A DNA stretch of 64,000 nucleotides from a virus. A program made the translations under genes and the position numbers. The stretch covers positions 9,836 to 73,835 of IMG/VR virus record IMGVR_UViG_3300037420_001954. One strand, written 5' to 3'. The notes beneath the pieces were generated by a model. That model was not told where the DNA came from and did not search any database. It was given only the letters and a program-made list of their open reading frames with translations. This document shows, in pieces, positions 63,549 through 64,000 of this stretch (its first letter is position 1; each line of letters starts with the position of its first letter).

Positions 63549-64000
63549 GCATCGAGCCCTTCATCGAGACGTACACGGGCAAGCGCTTCTACCCGCTCAA
63601 CGCGCGCAAAGAAGACATCTGCATCACGGACATCGCCCACGCACTTTCTAACCAGTGTCGATTCTCCGGGCACACGCGCCGGTTCTACTCCGTGGCCGAG
63701 CACTCCGTTCACGTCTCGCTCGTCGTCGCTGATCGCGGCGGCTCGTTCGAAGACCAGCTCTGGGGCCTTCTGCACGACGCATCCGAGGCCTACCTCGTCG
63801 ACCTGCCGACACCGCTGAAAAAGGACCCCGTCTTCGGGTTCGTGTATCGCGCCGCCGAGCGTGCACTCACCAAGGCGATTGCGGAGGCTTTCGACCTCGA
63901 AGGGCACGAGCCGCCGGGCATCGTGCACAACGCCGACCTGGCGATGCTTGCGACCGAGGCTCGTGACCTGATGCCGTGCAAGCCAGAGCACTGGGGCGAG
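63545..64000 (+). CDS. HD-domain phosphohydrolase (YfbR-like), partial
   Basis: IETYTGKRF...DIAHALSNQCRFSGH...YSVAEHS...LLHDASEAYLVD; runs off the right edge. Confidence 0.88.
   Translation, partial: MSIEPFIETYTGKRFYPLNARKEDICITDIAHALSNQCRFSGHTRRFYSVAEHSVHVSLVVADRGGSFEDQLWGLLHDASEAYLVDLPTPLKKDPVFGFVYRAAERALTKAIAEAFDLEGHEPPGIVHNADLAMLATEARDLMPCKPEHWGE

Noticed and set aside
63545-64000. DatZ-type dATPase indicating a 2-aminoadenine genome
   Set aside because: No purZ or mazZ is visible in the window, and YfbR-like HD proteins are common in ordinary phages.

Overview
This 64-kb, high-GC window is most of a contractile-tailed (myovirus-like) bacteriophage or prophage genome; no host chromosomal genes are evident. 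A Myxococcota-like host is plausible but is inference only. Bases 1-29.7 kb (minus strand) hold the morphogenesis operon, in transcription order: candidate TerS, TerL, portal, two tRNAs, scaffold, major capsid, neck genes, sheath, two paralogous tube genes, a tail assembly chaperone with a -1 frameshift site, tape measure, Mu-like baseplate, Gly-rich/fibre genes, and a lysis cassette with a GH25 endolysin. Bases 29.7-32.5 kb form a control region with a serine recombinase flanked by inverted and direct repeats. Bases 32.5-40.2 kb (+) are early genes: acidic proteins including an Ocr-like one, four of them preceded by ~60-nt hairpins ending in CTGTAACC-ATG, plus a C5 methyltransferase. Bases 40-46 kb (-) carry small genes, RuvC-like resolvase, an iteron-rich origin-like locus and a Prim-Pol/AAA primase-helicase. 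Bases 46-64 kb (+) carry a PD-(D/E)XK nuclease, five tandem paralogues, an amino-methyltransferase, a structured-RNA/tRNA cluster, RNA ligase, SF2 helicase, PolA, a sigma factor and an HD hydrolase. Most notable: an apparently circularly permuted tRNA between two tRNAs and near an RNA ligase; the hairpin/cassette array divergent from the recombinase; and a bipartite, near-leaderless promoter motif that also precedes the phage sigma gene. All calls come from manual motif reading; no searches were run.
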